Shown piece by piece: positions 31,036-38,856 of a DNA stretch of 64,000 nucleotides. The stretch is from an uncultured Armatimonadetes bacterium. GTDB taxonomy: Bacteria > Armatimonadota > Hebobacteria > Hebobacterales > Hebobacteraceae. Location: assembly GCA_963716175.1 (NCBI GenBank), contig OY970296.1, positions 4,224,001 to 4,288,000 of the forward strand, given 5' to 3'. The position numbers were made by a program, and so were the translations under genes. Under the pieces are notes generated by a model. It worked only from the letters and a program-made list of their open reading frames with translations. It was not told the DNA's origin and ran no database searches. How positions within the stretch are numbered: position 1 is the stretch's first letter; each line of letters opens with the position of its first letter.

Positions 31036-31449
31036 CTATTCGCTCACGAAGGGCAGCAGTGCCACCTGCCGGGCGCGCTTGATGGCCTGGCTGAGGGCGC
31101 GCTGGTGGCGGGCGCAGGTCCCAGTCATGCGGCTCTTGAGGATCTTGCCGCGGTCGGAGATGAACTCGCGCAGGCGGGCATGCTCCTTGTAGTCAATCCG
31201 GGTGATCTTGTCCACGCAGAAGGCGCAGACGCGACGCCGGGGGCGGCGGCCGCCACGCCGGTCTCCGCGCCTGCCCCCGTCTCGGTCCGCATCCCGGTCG
31301 CGGCCCCGGCCTCGGAACTCGCCCCGGTCGCGCCCACGAGGGTATTCCTCTCTGACAGGCGCCGGACGGGGCGCGGCCTCTCCCTCTCTGACCGGCGCCC
31401 CCTCCCTCACCTCACTACTGCTATCACTGGGCGGCAAGGATGAACTCAT
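31036..31449 (-). CDS. rpsR: 30S ribosomal protein S18 with N-terminal extension
   Basis: [31 protein letters not shown]. Confidence 0.95.
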   Translation of the reverse strand: MSSSLPPSDSSSEVREGAPVREGEAAPRPAPVREEYPRGRDRGEFRGRGRDRDADRDGGRRGDRRGGRRPRRRVCAFCVDKITRIDYKEHARLREFISDRGKILKSRMTGTCARHQRALSQAIKRARQVALLPFVSE

Positions 31450-31495
31450 AGCTCCTTCTCACCTTTCGCGAGCTGCCAACCTAGGCGGCCGGCTG

Positions 31496-31912
31496 TCACT
31501 CGTCCTCCCATGGTCCCGGGATCCCCGCCTCCTCACCTTCGCCGACCCGCTCGGGCGGCGGCGTCTCCTCTGGTGGCTGGGCGGCCGGCTCGCGGGGCCG
31601 ATCCAGTCCCTGCAGGTTGTCGCACACGACTTCGGCGGACTGGCGCTTCTGGCCGTCCTGGGTCGTCCACTGTCGGATCTGCAGGCGGCCCTCCACCGCG
31701 ACCAGCCGGCCCTTGGCGAGGTAGTTGGCGGCGAACTCGGCCCTCTGTCTCCAGGCCACCAGATTGACGAAGTCCGTCTGGCGCTCGGTTGCCTCTCTGC
31801 CCTTCGGTCTGTCCACCGCGATCCGCATGCTCGCGACCGGGACGCCGCTGGGAGTGTAGCGCAGCTCAGGGTCTGCCACCAGCCTGCCTATCAGCACCAC
31901 GCGATTCAGCAT
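31496..31912 (-). CDS. ssb: Single-stranded DNA-binding protein
   Basis: MLNRVVLIGRL..DPELRYT and KGRLVAVEGRL; located between rpsF and rpsR. Confidence 0.95.
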   Translation of the reverse strand: MLNRVVLIGRLVADPELRYTPSGVPVASMRIAVDRPKGREATERQTDFVNLVAWRQRAEFAANYLAKGRLVAVEGRLQIRQWTTQDGQKRQSAEVVCDNLQGLDRPREPAAQPPEETPPPERVGEGEEAGIPGPWEDE

Positions 31913-31936
31913 CTGATGCCATCCTTTCGGTGGGCG

Positions 31937-32227
31937 TCAGTCTTCGTCGAGGCGCACCACCATGTGCCGCAGCACGGTCTCACTCACCGCGAGCTGGCGT
32001 TCGAGTTCGCGCACCAGAGAGGGCTCGGCGCGGAGCTGGGCGAGAATGTAGATCCCGTCCCGCCGGCCCTTGATGTCATAGGCCAAGCGGCGGCGCTCCC
32101 AGGGAGCAATCTTCTTCACCTCCGCGCCGCGGCTGGTGGCGAGGTCACTGAGGCGCTGCTGGACAGCCTTGATGTCCTCGTCGGAGATGGTGGGGTCAAC
32201 GATAAACATGATCTCGTAGTCGCGAAT
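31937..32227 (-). CDS. rpsF: 30S ribosomal protein S6 (apparent ATT start)
   Basis: (I)RDYEIMFIVDP, W.RRRLAYDI, G.Y and VLRHMVV; SD AAGGAGGT lies 8 nt upstream of the ATT at 32227. Confidence 0.93.
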   Translation of the reverse strand: MRDYEIMFIVDPTISDEDIKAVQQRLSDLATSRGAEVKKIAPWERRRLAYDIKGRRDGIYILAQLRAEPSLVRELERQLAVSETVLRHMVVRLDED

Positions 32228-32235
32228 AGGAGGGG

Positions 32236-32290
32236 ACCTCCTTCCTCTGGACTTGTTCGGCCCGCCTCAGGCGGGCAGGAAGGCCAAGCA
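32236..32290 (-). ncRNA. S6:S18 ribosomal-protein leader (cis-regulatory RNA)
   Basis: On the minus strand: CCUUCCU / inner hairpin GCCCGCC-UGA-GGCGGGC / CCG / AGGAAGG overlapping the SD. This matches the known S6:S18 leader architecture with its CCR motif. Confidence 0.7.
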
Positions 32291-32328
32291 AGCGGCAGCA
32301 AGGCCCGCGGTTCGGCACAACACGTCGG

Positions 32329-32357
32329 ATTATAGCATGCCCACCGGCCGAGGGCAA
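32329..32357 (-). promoter_or_regulatory. Promoter of rpsF-ssb-rpsR
   Basis: TTGCCC-17 bp-TATAAT with an extended -10 TG on the minus strand. Confidence 0.7.
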
Positions 32358-32437
32358 GAGCAATGGCCCGCGTCGAGCTTTATTGTGAGGCTTTCGCGGG
32401 ATATGGTATACTTGGCTGCTCCGAGAGGCAAGTGGTG

Positions 32438-33142
32438 ATGTCAGGGGCTGCGAGACCGGTTGATGTCGCGGGCAACGTAGCCCGGATTCGGGAGCGGATG
32501 GCGCGGGCCGCGGAGAGGTCCGGGCGCCGACCCGAGGAGATTCGCCTGGTAGCTGCCTCCAAGCAAGTGGAAACAGCAAGGATCAGGGAAGCGATCGCCG
32601 CGGGCATCACCGATGTGGGCGAGAACTACGTCCAGGAGGCCGCGGCGAAGCGCAGCCAGATCGGTGAGAAGGCGCGCTGGCACCTGATCGGACACCTGCA
32701 GCGCAACAAGGCGGCCCAGGCGGCGCGGATCTTTGACATTATCCAGACTGTGGACAGCCCCCGGTTGGCGGAGGCGATCGGGCGGCGGGCCGGAGCCGAT
32801 GGCCGGACGCTGTCCGTGCTGCTCCAGGTGAACACCTCGAGCGAGGAGACCAAGTCCGGGGTGGGTCCGGAAGGGCTCGAGGGGCTGCTGGAGGCGGTGA
32901 TGGGAATGCCAGGCCTGCGGGTGGAAGGCCTGATGACCATCGGGAGCCTGCACCCCGACCCGGAGCAGGGACGGCCTGAGTTCCGGCTGCTGATGGAGCT
33001 GGCAAGAGCGATGCAGGCGAGGCTGGGGGTGGAGATGGGGTGGCTGTCTATGGGCATGAGCCACGATTTCGAGGTGGCGATCGAGGAGGGAGCGACCCTG
33101 GTACGCATCGGAACCGGGATCTTCGGGCCCCGGCCGGGGTGA
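32438..33142 (+). CDS. yggS: PLP homeostasis protein YggS
   Basis: LVAASK, GENYVQE, WHLIGHLQRNK, LSMGMS.DFE.AIEEG and RIGT.IFG. Confidence 0.95.
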   Translation: MSGAARPVDVAGNVARIRERMARAAERSGRRPEEIRLVAASKQVETARIREAIAAGITDVGENYVQEAAAKRSQIGEKARWHLIGHLQRNKAAQAARIFDIIQTVDSPRLAEAIGRRAGADGRTLSVLLQVNTSSEETKSGVGPEGLEGLLEAVMGMPGLRVEGLMTIGSLHPDPEQGRPEFRLLMELARAMQARLGVEMGWLSMGMSHDFEVAIEEGATLVRIGTGIFGPRPG

Positions 33143-33206
33143 GCCCGACGGGCAGTGCAGCAACTTCAAAGCTGAGAGTCACAGCAACAATGGAGGAGGG
33201 GAGCGC

Positions 33207-33623
33207 ATGGCTGGTCTGCTGGAAAAGATGAAGTCGTGGTTGTTCGCGGAGGACGAGGACGGGTTAGAGATGCCGGGTGCGGACGAGGAAGCGGGGGTGC
33301 CGGCCCCGCGGCGAAGCAGACTGATTCCTATCCATTCACGGGCGGGCGAAATCTTCATCCGGAGGCCGCGTACGCAGGAGGAGGCGCGCATCTGCGTAGA
33401 CTGCCTGCGGGGGCGGCGGGCGGTGGTGGTGAACCTCAAGGATGTGCAGCCAGAGCATGCGCTGCGGGTTTTCGATTTCTTGGCCGGGGCCACCTATGCG
33501 GTCGGTGGTCAACTGGAGCAGGCCGGGGAAGGCGTGTACCTGGTGACCCCGCACACCATTGGCATTATGGCGGAGGAGCCACAGGCGGGTACTCCGCGGT
33601 CAGGCTTCTGGCAGGAGATCTGA
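33207..33623 (+). CDS. sepF: Cell division protein SepF
   Basis: VVVNL..A.RVFDFLAGATYA.GG and YLVTP; yggS context. Confidence 0.9.
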   Translation: MAGLLEKMKSWLFAEDEDGLEMPGADEEAGVPAPRRSRLIPIHSRAGEIFIRRPRTQEEARICVDCLRGRRAVVVNLKDVQPEHALRVFDFLAGATYAVGGQLEQAGEGVYLVTPHTIGIMAEEPQAGTPRSGFWQEI

Positions 33624-33719
33624 CAGCGCCACGGGCAATTGCTGAATAGGGACGCCTCCGCGCTGACCGGGAGGCGAGGTGTGCTGACGCCGGAGGTTAC
33701 CCCTCCGGCTGTCGGCCTC

Positions 33720-33748
33720 TTGTGCCGCCTTACGAATGCCCGTACAAT
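33720..33748 (+). promoter_or_regulatory. Possible promoter of proC
   Basis: TTGTGC-17 bp-TACAAT. Confidence 0.45.
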
Positions 33749-33864
33749 TCAGTGCCGGCCCGCTGGCGGCGGCACGCGCACAAGACGCTGTTCTCGGCAA
33801 TGCAGCACCATCATATGCACCAGGGATCGGGCCGCCGATGGACGCGGAGGAAGGGAGGATTCCT

Positions 33865-34683
33865 ATGGCGGCGAGGTACACTCTCGGCGTGATCGGCGCG
33901 GGGCAGATGGGAGGGGCCCTGGTGCGGGGTATGATCCGCGCCGGGGCGCTGCCGCCCGGCCAGATCGCCGTCTCGGATGCGGAGCCTGGCCGCGTGGCCG
34001 GGCTAGCGAAGGAGCTGGCGGTGAAGGCGGCGACCAGCAACCAGTCCTGCGCGGCCGAGAGCGAGTATGTGCTGCTGGCGGTGAAGCCGGCGCAGGTGGC
34101 TGGGGTGCTGAAGGAGGTGGCGACCGAGCTGGGCCCTGCCCAGACACTGGTGTCCATCGCGGCCGGAGTGACCCTGGCCCGACTCAGGGAATCGCTGGGG
34201 AGGGCGGGGGCAGCGGTGGTGCGGGTGATGCCCAACACGCCGGCGCTGGTGGGAGCAGGCGCGTTTGCGCTGGCCGCCCCTGGCGTGGCGAGACAGCGGG
34301 TGGACAAGCTGAAGGAGCTGTTGAGGCCATTGGGCGAGGTGGTCGAGGTGGGCGAGGAGATGATGGACGCGGTGACGGGGCTGTCCGGGAGCGGCCCGGC
34401 CTTCGTGTTCGTGATGATAGAGGCGATGGCTGATGGCGGCGTCTCCGCCGGTCTGCCGCGGCCGGTGGCCCAGCAGCTCGCGGCCCAGACCGTGGCCGGG
34501 GCGGCGAAAATGGTGCTGGAGACAGGCGAGCACCCGGGACGGCTGAAGGATGCGGTGGCCTCCCCCGGCGGCACCACCATCGCCGGGCTGGGTGAGCTGG
34601 AGAGAGGCGGGTTCCGGGCGGCGGTGATCGCGGCGGTGCGGGCGGCGGCGGCGCGAGCGAAGGAGCTCGCCGGAGGCGAGTAA
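33865..34683 (+). CDS. proC: Pyrroline-5-carboxylate reductase
   Basis: IGAGQMG, LAVKP, SIAAG, RVMPNTP, GSGPA and SPGGTT. Confidence 0.96.
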   Translation: MAARYTLGVIGAGQMGGALVRGMIRAGALPPGQIAVSDAEPGRVAGLAKELAVKAATSNQSCAAESEYVLLAVKPAQVAGVLKEVATELGPAQTLVSIAAGVTLARLRESLGRAGAAVVRVMPNTPALVGAGAFALAAPGVARQRVDKLKELLRPLGEVVEVGEEMMDAVTGLSGSGPAFVFVMIEAMADGGVSAGLPRPVAQQLAAQTVAGAAKMVLETGEHPGRLKDAVASPGGTTIAGLGELERGGFRAAVIAAVRAAAARAKELAGGE

Positions 34684-34709
34684 AATCGCGGAGAGCTAGC
34701 GGATGCTGG

Positions 34710-34988
34710 TTGCCGGAGGCGACTGAATTGGTGAAAACGCTTCTGGAGTACGCGATCTGGGCGATGATGCTGGCCATCTTCGCGAGCGTGCTGATCTCCT
34801 GGCTGCGCCAGTTCCGGGTGCAAGTTCCCTATGGCCATCCCCTGGTGCGCGCGATCGAGAGTACTGCAGACGTGATGCTCCGGCCCATCCGGCGGAGTCT
34901 GCCTACGACTGGCGGGGGACTGGACTTCTCCCCGATGGTGGCGATCTTGATCCTCTACGTGCTACAGGCGCTCGTCGCACGCCTGTAG
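34710..34988 (+). CDS. yggT: YggT family membrane protein
   Basis: ISW, L.PIRR.LP..GGLDFSP; the start may be GTG 34731. Confidence 0.9.
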   Translation: MPEATELVKTLLEYAIWAMMLAIFASVLISWLRQFRVQVPYGHPLVRAIESTADVMLRPIRRSLPTTGGGLDFSPMVAILILYVLQALVARL

Positions 34989-35091
34989 ATGGCAGCCTGT
35001 AAGATGACCCGGACAGTTCCATACCAAAGCCGCCGGGGCTGCGGCCTGCGAAGGCCGGCCGGGTTGTGATATAGCCTCTAAGGAGCCTGCC

Positions 35092-36465
35092 GTGGCGGGT
35101 CCTCCCCTACCCCGTCGGCGATCAATGCTTCGTACCGTGGTGATGGCTGCGCTGGCCGCTGCGCTCCTGCTGGGCCTGGGGACAGGCGCGATCGCTCCTC
35201 TGCCCGCGCCGGGCGCGGCGCGGTGGGCCCTGCTCTACCGGCGGGCCGGCGACACCTTCGTGCGGATGTTCTGCCTGGCCAGGCTGGAGCCAGACTCGGC
35301 CGCTGGCCGGCGCTTGCTGGAGAGCGCGGGCCGGTACTACCAGTTGAGCGAGCGGGCAGATCCTTCCCAGGTGGAAGCGGCGGCCTCCCTGGGGCTGGTG
35401 CTGCATGTGCTGAACCGCAAGCAGGAGGCGCTCCTGGCACTGAGCAGAGCGGCGACACAGGTGCAGCCGACCTCGCAGAAGAGAGCGCTGGCCGCGCTCT
35501 TGCTGCTGGTTGTGTCGCGCCGGCCCGACCCCATGCAGTTGGAGGAGGCCAGAGGCTTCGCCTCAGAGCTGGCGCCGGGGCCGATGACGCTGGCCTTCGC
35601 CTATGACAGCATAGGCAGATCGGATCTGGCCGAGCGCGAGTGGGATCAGGCCGAGAAGCAGGCCAGCCGCATGCTGCCGGCGCTGACCGTCATGCTGGTG
35701 ACCTGCGGACTGCTGATGTGCGCCGGCGTGGCGGGCCTGGTAGCTATGCTCATCGGCCTCATGCGTCGCAGAACGGGGATGCGCGAGCCGCCTCCACCTG
35801 CCACCTGGGGGGTGCGGGAGGCGGCGGAGGCCCTGATCTGGTGGGTGTTACTGGGGGCGGTTGCCAGCGCCCTGCTGGCCCGCCTCGGGCTGCTCTCAGC
35901 GGGCAGAGAGCGAGACGGCGCAGTGCTGGTGGCGCCCAGCTTGATCGCCGGAGCAGGGGCCATCGCCTGGGTCTGGGCGGTCTCGCCTCGCGGAGGCGGC
36001 TTCGGCTGGCGATTCGCCCGCGGCTGGCGAAGCCTGGCTGTGGGCCTTGCCGCGGCAGGAGTGTTGGCGCCGGCGCTGCTAGTGCTGGAGCAGGCGCTAG
36101 AGAGAGCGGCGGGTCCTTCCGAGCACGCCCTGGTTCCGATCTTCGCCACGGCCGCGGACTGGGGGAGCAGGGCAGCCCTGATGCTGGCCGCCTGCGTGAT
36201 CGTGCCCGCGCTGGAGGAGACGTTGTTCCGCGGCATTCTGTATCGGGGCCTTCGCAGCGGCTGGTCGGCCGCGCCGGCGGCAGGGGTGAGCGCGCTGATC
36301 TTCGCGGTGGGGCACGTGAGCTGGGTGGGGCTTCTGCCCTACCTGCTGTTGGGGCTGGCGCTGGCCTGGCTTTACGAGCGCACGGGGTCGCTGCTGGCGC
36401 CAGCGGTGGCGCACGGGGCGTTCAACGCCTTCAACCTGGCGATCCTGATGGCTCTTTTCGGTTGA
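35092..36465 (+). CDS. CPBP (CAAX/Abi) intramembrane metalloprotease with N-terminal TPR-like helical domain
   Basis: EETLFRG, FAVGH and AHGAFN; multiple TM helices. Confidence 0.85.
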   Translation: MAGPPLPRRRSMLRTVVMAALAAALLLGLGTGAIAPLPAPGAARWALLYRRAGDTFVRMFCLARLEPDSAAGRRLLESAGRYYQLSERADPSQVEAAASLGLVLHVLNRKQEALLALSRAATQVQPTSQKRALAALLLLVVSRRPDPMQLEEARGFASELAPGPMTLAFAYDSIGRSDLAEREWDQAEKQASRMLPALTVMLVTCGLLMCAGVAGLVAMLIGLMRRRTGMREPPPPATWGVREAAEALIWWVLLGAVASALLARLGLLSAGRERDGAVLVAPSLIAGAGAIAWVWAVSPRGGGFGWRFARGWRSLAVGLAAAGVLAPALLVLEQALERAAGPSEHALVPIFATAADWGSRAALMLAACVIVPALEETLFRGILYRGLRSGWSAAPAAGVSALIFAVGHVSWVGLLPYLLLGLALAWLYERTGSLLAPAVAHGAFNAFNLAILMALFG

Positions 36466-36469
36466 CCCC

Positions 36470-36760
36470 ATGGGCAGTGAAGCTATCGCGATCCAGGTGC
36501 GGCCTCGATCCTCACGGGCGGGAGTGGGGCTGGGAAAGAACGGAGCGATCGTGGTCCGCGTGCACGTGCCGGCAGCAGAGGGCGCAGCCAACCAGGAATG
36601 CATTCGCGTGCTGGCCCAGGCCCTGGCCATGCCCAAGTCGGCGGTACAGATCGTGCGCGGGGGGAAGAGCCGATCGAAACAGATTGCGGTGGCCGGCCTG
36701 AGCGGCGCCGAAGTGCGGGCCCGCCTGGAGCGAGCTGCCTTTGGAGAAGCGCGGCCGTGA
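36470..36760 (+). CDS. DUF167/YggU family protein
   Basis: VRPRSS, EGAANQEC and IVRG.KSRSK. Confidence 0.88.
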   Translation: MGSEAIAIQVRPRSSRAGVGLGKNGAIVVRVHVPAAEGAANQECIRVLAQALAMPKSAVQIVRGGKSRSKQIAVAGLSGAEVRARLERAAFGEARP

Positions 36761-37494
36761 TGGGGGAGCAGCAAGGCAGGCCCTTCCTTTCTGTGGTGAT
36801 TCCTGCCTATAATGAAGAGCACCGCCTCGGCCCTACCCTGGCGCGCATCCAGCAGTACCTGTCGGCGCAGAGCTATCAGTCCGAGATCATCGTGGTGGAC
36901 AACGCGAGCGCGGACCGGACTGCGGAGGTGGCGCGAAAGGCCGGGGTGGAGGTGATAGCAGAGCCGCAGCGGGGCAAAGGGGCGGCCGTTCGCAGCGGGA
37001 TGCTGGCCGCCCGCGGGGAATACTTGCTGTTCTCCGATGCGGACCTTTCCACACCCATCGAGGAGGTGGAGAGGCTGATGGAGGCGCTGCAGGCCGGCAG
37101 CGATATTGCCATTGCCTCCCGCGCCCTGCCGGAGTCCAAGCTGCCGGTGCGTCAGCCCTGGTATCGCGAGCTGGTGGGGCGAGCAGGCAACCTGCTGGTG
37201 AGGGCGCTAGCAGTGCGAGGGATCGTGGACACGCAGTGCGGGTTCAAGCTGTACCCCCGCGAGATCGGCCAGCGACTGTTCGGCGCGCAGCGGATGACCG
37301 GGATCGCCTTCGATATGGAGATCCTGTTTCTGGCGCAGCGACTGGGGCTGAAGATCGCGGAAGTGCCGGTGACCTGGGTGGATAACCCCGACACCCGCTT
37401 CAGCCGGGTCTGGGATTCGCTGGACGCGATCAAGGACTTGCTCCGGATTCGGATGAACTGGCTGCGAGGGCGATACCGACTCCAGCATCTGTGA
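36760..37494 (+). CDS. GT2 glycosyltransferase (polyprenyl-phosphate glucosyltransferase-like)
   Basis: SVVIPAYNEE, GKGAAVRSG, DADLS, DTQCGFK and FDMEIL. Confidence 0.9.
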   Translation: MGEQQGRPFLSVVIPAYNEEHRLGPTLARIQQYLSAQSYQSEIIVVDNASADRTAEVARKAGVEVIAEPQRGKGAAVRSGMLAARGEYLLFSDADLSTPIEEVERLMEALQAGSDIAIASRALPESKLPVRQPWYRELVGRAGNLLVRALAVRGIVDTQCGFKLYPREIGQRLFGAQRMTGIAFDMEILFLAQRLGLKIAEVPVTWVDNPDTRFSRVWDSLDAIKDLLRIRMNWLRGRYRLQHL

Positions 37495-37506
37495 CGGCGG
37501 GCGGCT

Positions 37507-38001
37507 ATGGCGAACGAGAGGCAGTTCAAACTGAACACCAGGTTCGTGGCGACGCGGAACGTGAGGGAGTATCGCGAGACCATTCCGGCCTGGGTGACCA
37601 AGGAAGATGCGGTCCTGGAGATAGGCTGCGAGTGGGGCACGACCACGGCCTTGCTCGCGCCTCACTGCCGGGAGGTGATCGGAACTGATGTCAGCCCGGA
37701 GTGCATCGAGACCGCCCGGCGCAAGCACCCCGGGATCCGATTCGAGGTGCTGGACGCGTTCGATGTGCTGGCCGCGCAGGCGCTGGGCAAGCAGTTCACC
37801 AAGGTCTACATAGACATGTCCGGGCTGTCAGGGTATCGCTCGCTGCTGGACCTGATCGCGCTGCTGACGATGTACGGGACGGTGCTCCGGCCCGAGGCCA
37901 TCATCGTGAAGAGCGGCGCGCTGAAGCAGTTCGCCTCTCACTGCATCCCCTGGAGAGCGGGGGAGAGCCGGCGCGGGCCGCAACGAGAGCCAGAGGAGTA
38001 G
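37507..38001 (+). CDS. Class I SAM-dependent methyltransferase-like protein
   Basis: VLEIGCEWG, IGTDVS and F..LDA. Confidence 0.8.
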   Translation: MANERQFKLNTRFVATRNVREYRETIPAWVTKEDAVLEIGCEWGTTTALLAPHCREVIGTDVSPECIETARRKHPGIRFEVLDAFDVLAAQALGKQFTKVYIDMSGLSGYRSLLDLIALLTMYGTVLRPEAIIVKSGALKQFASHCIPWRAGESRRGPQREPEE

Positions 38002-38010
38002 GGGCGCGGG

Positions 38011-38856
38011 ATGAAGATGCTGGTAACCGGGGCAAAGGGAATGCTGGGGGCCGAGGTTTGCGCGGCGCTGTCCCATCAGCACCAGGTGCACGGCGTTGAC
38101 CTGGAGGATTTCGATATCACGGAGGCGGGCGCGGTGCGGGCGGCGCTGGCCGCGGATCGCCCTGAGGCGGTGGTGCACTGCGCGGCGTGGACCGATGTGG
38201 ACGGATGTGAGCGCGAGCCAGAGCGCGCTTTCCGCCAGAACGCAGGTGGCACCCGGAACGTAGCCGCCGCCTGTGCCGAGATCGGCGCCCAGATGGTCTA
38301 CATCAGCACGGATTTCGTGTTCGATGGGGAGAAGGCGGAGCCCTATACGGAGTTCGATTGGCCCAATCCGCTCAGCGTCTATGGCGCCTCCAAGCTGGCG
38401 GGCGAGGAGGCGGTGCGAGGGCTGGTCTCCACCCATTACGTCGTCCGAAGCGCGTGGCTGTACGGCGCACACGGGCGCAACTTCGTCGCGACCATTCTGG
38501 GGACCGCGGCGGAGAGCGACGAACTCCGGGTGGTGGCGGATCAGGTCGGCTCCCCGACCTATGCCCGGGATCTGGCCCAGGCGATTGCCGACATCGTCCT
38601 GTCAGGCCGGGTGGTGCCTGGCACCTATCATCTTGTCAACAGTGGGGTATGCTCCTGGGCCGAGCTGGCGGCGGAGGCGCTGCGCCTGGCCGGCAAGCCG
38701 ACGCGGGTGGTGCCGATCCTCGCGGGCGAGTGGCCCAGCGCGACCCGGCGGCCTGGGTATTCGGCGCTGCGCTCTCGCTGGCTCGAGCTGCAGGGAGTGG
38801 CGCCGCTCCGCCATTGGAAGGAAGCACTAGCTAGCTATATCAAAGGTCTGGAATGA
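38011..38856 (+). CDS. rfbD: dTDP-4-dehydrorhamnose reductase
   Basis: GAKGMLG, HCAAWTDVD, STDFVFDG, YGASK, DQVGSPT and RP.YSAL. Confidence 0.94.
   Translation: MKMLVTGAKGMLGAEVCAALSHQHQVHGVDLEDFDITEAGAVRAALAADRPEAVVHCAAWTDVDGCEREPERAFRQNAGGTRNVAAACAEIGAQMVYISTDFVFDGEKAEPYTEFDWPNPLSVYGASKLAGEEAVRGLVSTHYVVRSAWLYGAHGRNFVATILGTAAESDELRVVADQVGSPTYARDLAQAIADIVLSGRVVPGTYHLVNSGVCSWAELAAEALRLAGKPTRVVPILAGEWPSATRRPGYSALRSRWLELQGVAPLRHWKEALASYIKGLE

Noticed and set aside
33640-33760. c-di-AMP (ydaO) riboswitch or T-box upstream of proC
   Set aside because: GCTGAAT is present but the other ydaO conserved blocks and the T-box sequence are missing.
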